A stretch of 64,000 nt of DNA, taken from the NCBI GenBank assembly GCA_964016885.1, contig OZ024743.1, forward strand, positions 348,254,001-348,318,000, read 5' to 3'. The translations under genes and the position numbers were made by a program. Below, in pieces: positions 62,260 through 64,000 of the stretch. Within the stretch, counting starts at the first letter, position 1. Each line of letters opens with the position of its first letter. The notes under the pieces were generated by a model. That model was not told where the DNA came from. It did not search any database and was given only the letters and a program-made list of their open reading frames with translations. The stretch comes from Eledone cirrhosa (Eukaryota).

Positions 62260-63399
62260 AGTTGCATTTATCTTGCTTTCTGTTCATACGAGTTATCACC
62301 AAGTCACAACCAGTGACCTCAAGAGACAAGGTCCGCCATGTTCAAAAAAGAACATACATATTCACACATGCATCTTTAGTGTTTAGACTTGTGATGTACT
62401 TATATTGACAGAATCTTCCTTAGTATATGGGCAGTTCCCATTAGTACTATCTTTTGTATTTCTCCTATACGCGGGTTTCCTGGGATTTGCGATAAGTAAT
62501 CATTAGACCCCTTAGGTATCATTCCCAGAGCGCCTACAACCACTGGTATTGTTTTAGTTCTCAATTTCCACATTTTTCCAATGTCTATCTCCAGGTCCTT
62601 ATACTTGCTCAATTCGTCAAATGTTTTTATTGATACATTCTTGTCTATTGGAACAGACATATCAATTAGCAGGCATAACCTCTTTTGAAAGTCCTTCAAT
62701 ATTATATCAGGTCTATTTGCATCTATTTTTCGGTCTGTTTGGATGCTAAAGTTCCACAAGATTGAGATGTAATCTTTTTCAAGTATGGGAGGTGGTTGAT
62801 GCTCCCACCAATTCTTTTGATGGGGCAGGTCAAAATGCTTACACATTATCCAATGTATGTATTGTGCAGCTCTGTCATGCCTGTTTCGGTATTCGGTTGG
62901 AGCTAAAGGACTGCACATTGAAATTATATGGTCAATGGTCTCTGGTTGTTTTTTGCATACACGGCATAATGGGCTGCATCCATTTTTTATTATGTTGGCT
63001 TGGTAATTTTTTGTTGGCAGACACTGATCTTGTGCTGATATAATCAGTCCTTCAGTCTCCGATTTCAGTCCAGAGGATGCCAACCACTGATGGGTTAAAG
63101 TTTTGTCAACATCAGGATTGTTAGCTCGCTCTGGGTATTTTCCATACAGAGGCTTTTCTTGCCATTTCTTAGCCAGTTTCTGTAGCAGTTCTTTCTTTGC
63201 AGTTACTTTTACCTGCTTTGCTTTTTCTGTGTTTTCCATTTCAGCAGTAACTGGGACTTCTGAAATGTGTAGTCCATTACCGTATCTTTGTGCATCTTTT
63301 GTAATGGAATATGATCTTTTGATGCTTTCGTGTTTCAAAACGAGTTTGATCATCCAATCATGTGATTCCCTTAGATATGTAGATAATCCAATTGTTGCA
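62259..63399 (-). mobile_element. 5'-truncated Dong-like family X copy
   Basis: Open frame 62400-63353 near-identical to 31147-32247 (CCHC, RHD, RPD, KLSKY-type motif). Confidence 0.95.
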
Positions 63400-64000
63400 C
63401 CGACACCACCATTGTAAATATTACTACGTTTGCCAACACTAAAAATATAAGAAGTAGCAATATTTTAAATTTGTCTCTGGCAGACATTCATTTCCCGCCA
63501 TTACCAATGACTGCAGGTGTTAAAGCCGCCACCACCACCACCACCACCACGACAACCCCCACCCCCACCACCACAGCGACAACAGAAACAAAAGAAAAAA
63601 TAGATTAACTCGTGATATCGAAATGAATTCAACCAAAAGGAACTCTTCCACAACGAACACCACTGACATCACCACCACCACAATTGAAACTAAAATTAAT
63701 AATAACAAAAATAATGATAACAACAACAGCAACGATGACATTAAGAAAACCACCCTGAGTTTTGCTAGAGTAGCAAAACAGTAAAAATAGTGCGAAGAAT
63801 TTCAGGTAACTCAGGAGGAATTAGAAGAAACCCCAAAAATGGTAAAGAAAGATGGGTACAGGGTCAGCCCCCCCACCCCACCCCCACCCCCCACACACGC
63901 ACACCTAATAAAATGGAGCATCGGCGCCTATGCACCGTGTCTTATCGAACAATTAATATAAAATCGCGCCGAGTGGAACGGGCATCCGAGTCCCAAATCC
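63398..64000 (+). mobile_element. Tx1-like copy D (C subfamily ORF1), 5'-clipped, runs off the window
   Basis: Colinear with 56401-56976; contains stops. Confidence 0.92.

Overview
AT-rich, microsatellite-dense animal genomic DNA (repeat content suggests a cephalopod such as Octopus; inference) with no host protein-coding gene I can support; nearly all interpretable sequence is mobile. Contents: (1) three full-length, frameshifted Tx1/L1-clade LINEs (zinc-knuckle ORF1; APE-RT-CCHC ORF2) plus fragments, beginning (ATT)n|GG and ending in (ATT)n; (2) two families of R4/Dong-like RLE retrotransposons in (AAT)n, in the opposite polarity, including a head-to-tail array with one uninterrupted ~1060-codon ORF; (3) a Penelope-like RT/GIY-YIG element and about a dozen hammerhead-ribozyme motifs in short (TA)n-embedded elements; (4) tRNA-derived SINEs, a mariner-type MITE, Helitron-like repeats and a Hero-like relic. 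Best leads: a retrozyme-like element (24224-25070) whose two identical 252-bp direct repeats each carry a U3-A8 hammerhead and would release a 595-nt RNA; a splice donor conserved at the end of ORF1 in all three diverged Tx1 copies; head-to-head Dong/Tx1 fusions; and a 3' tail shared by a SINE and the Tx1 LINE. All folds and alignments were made by eye.
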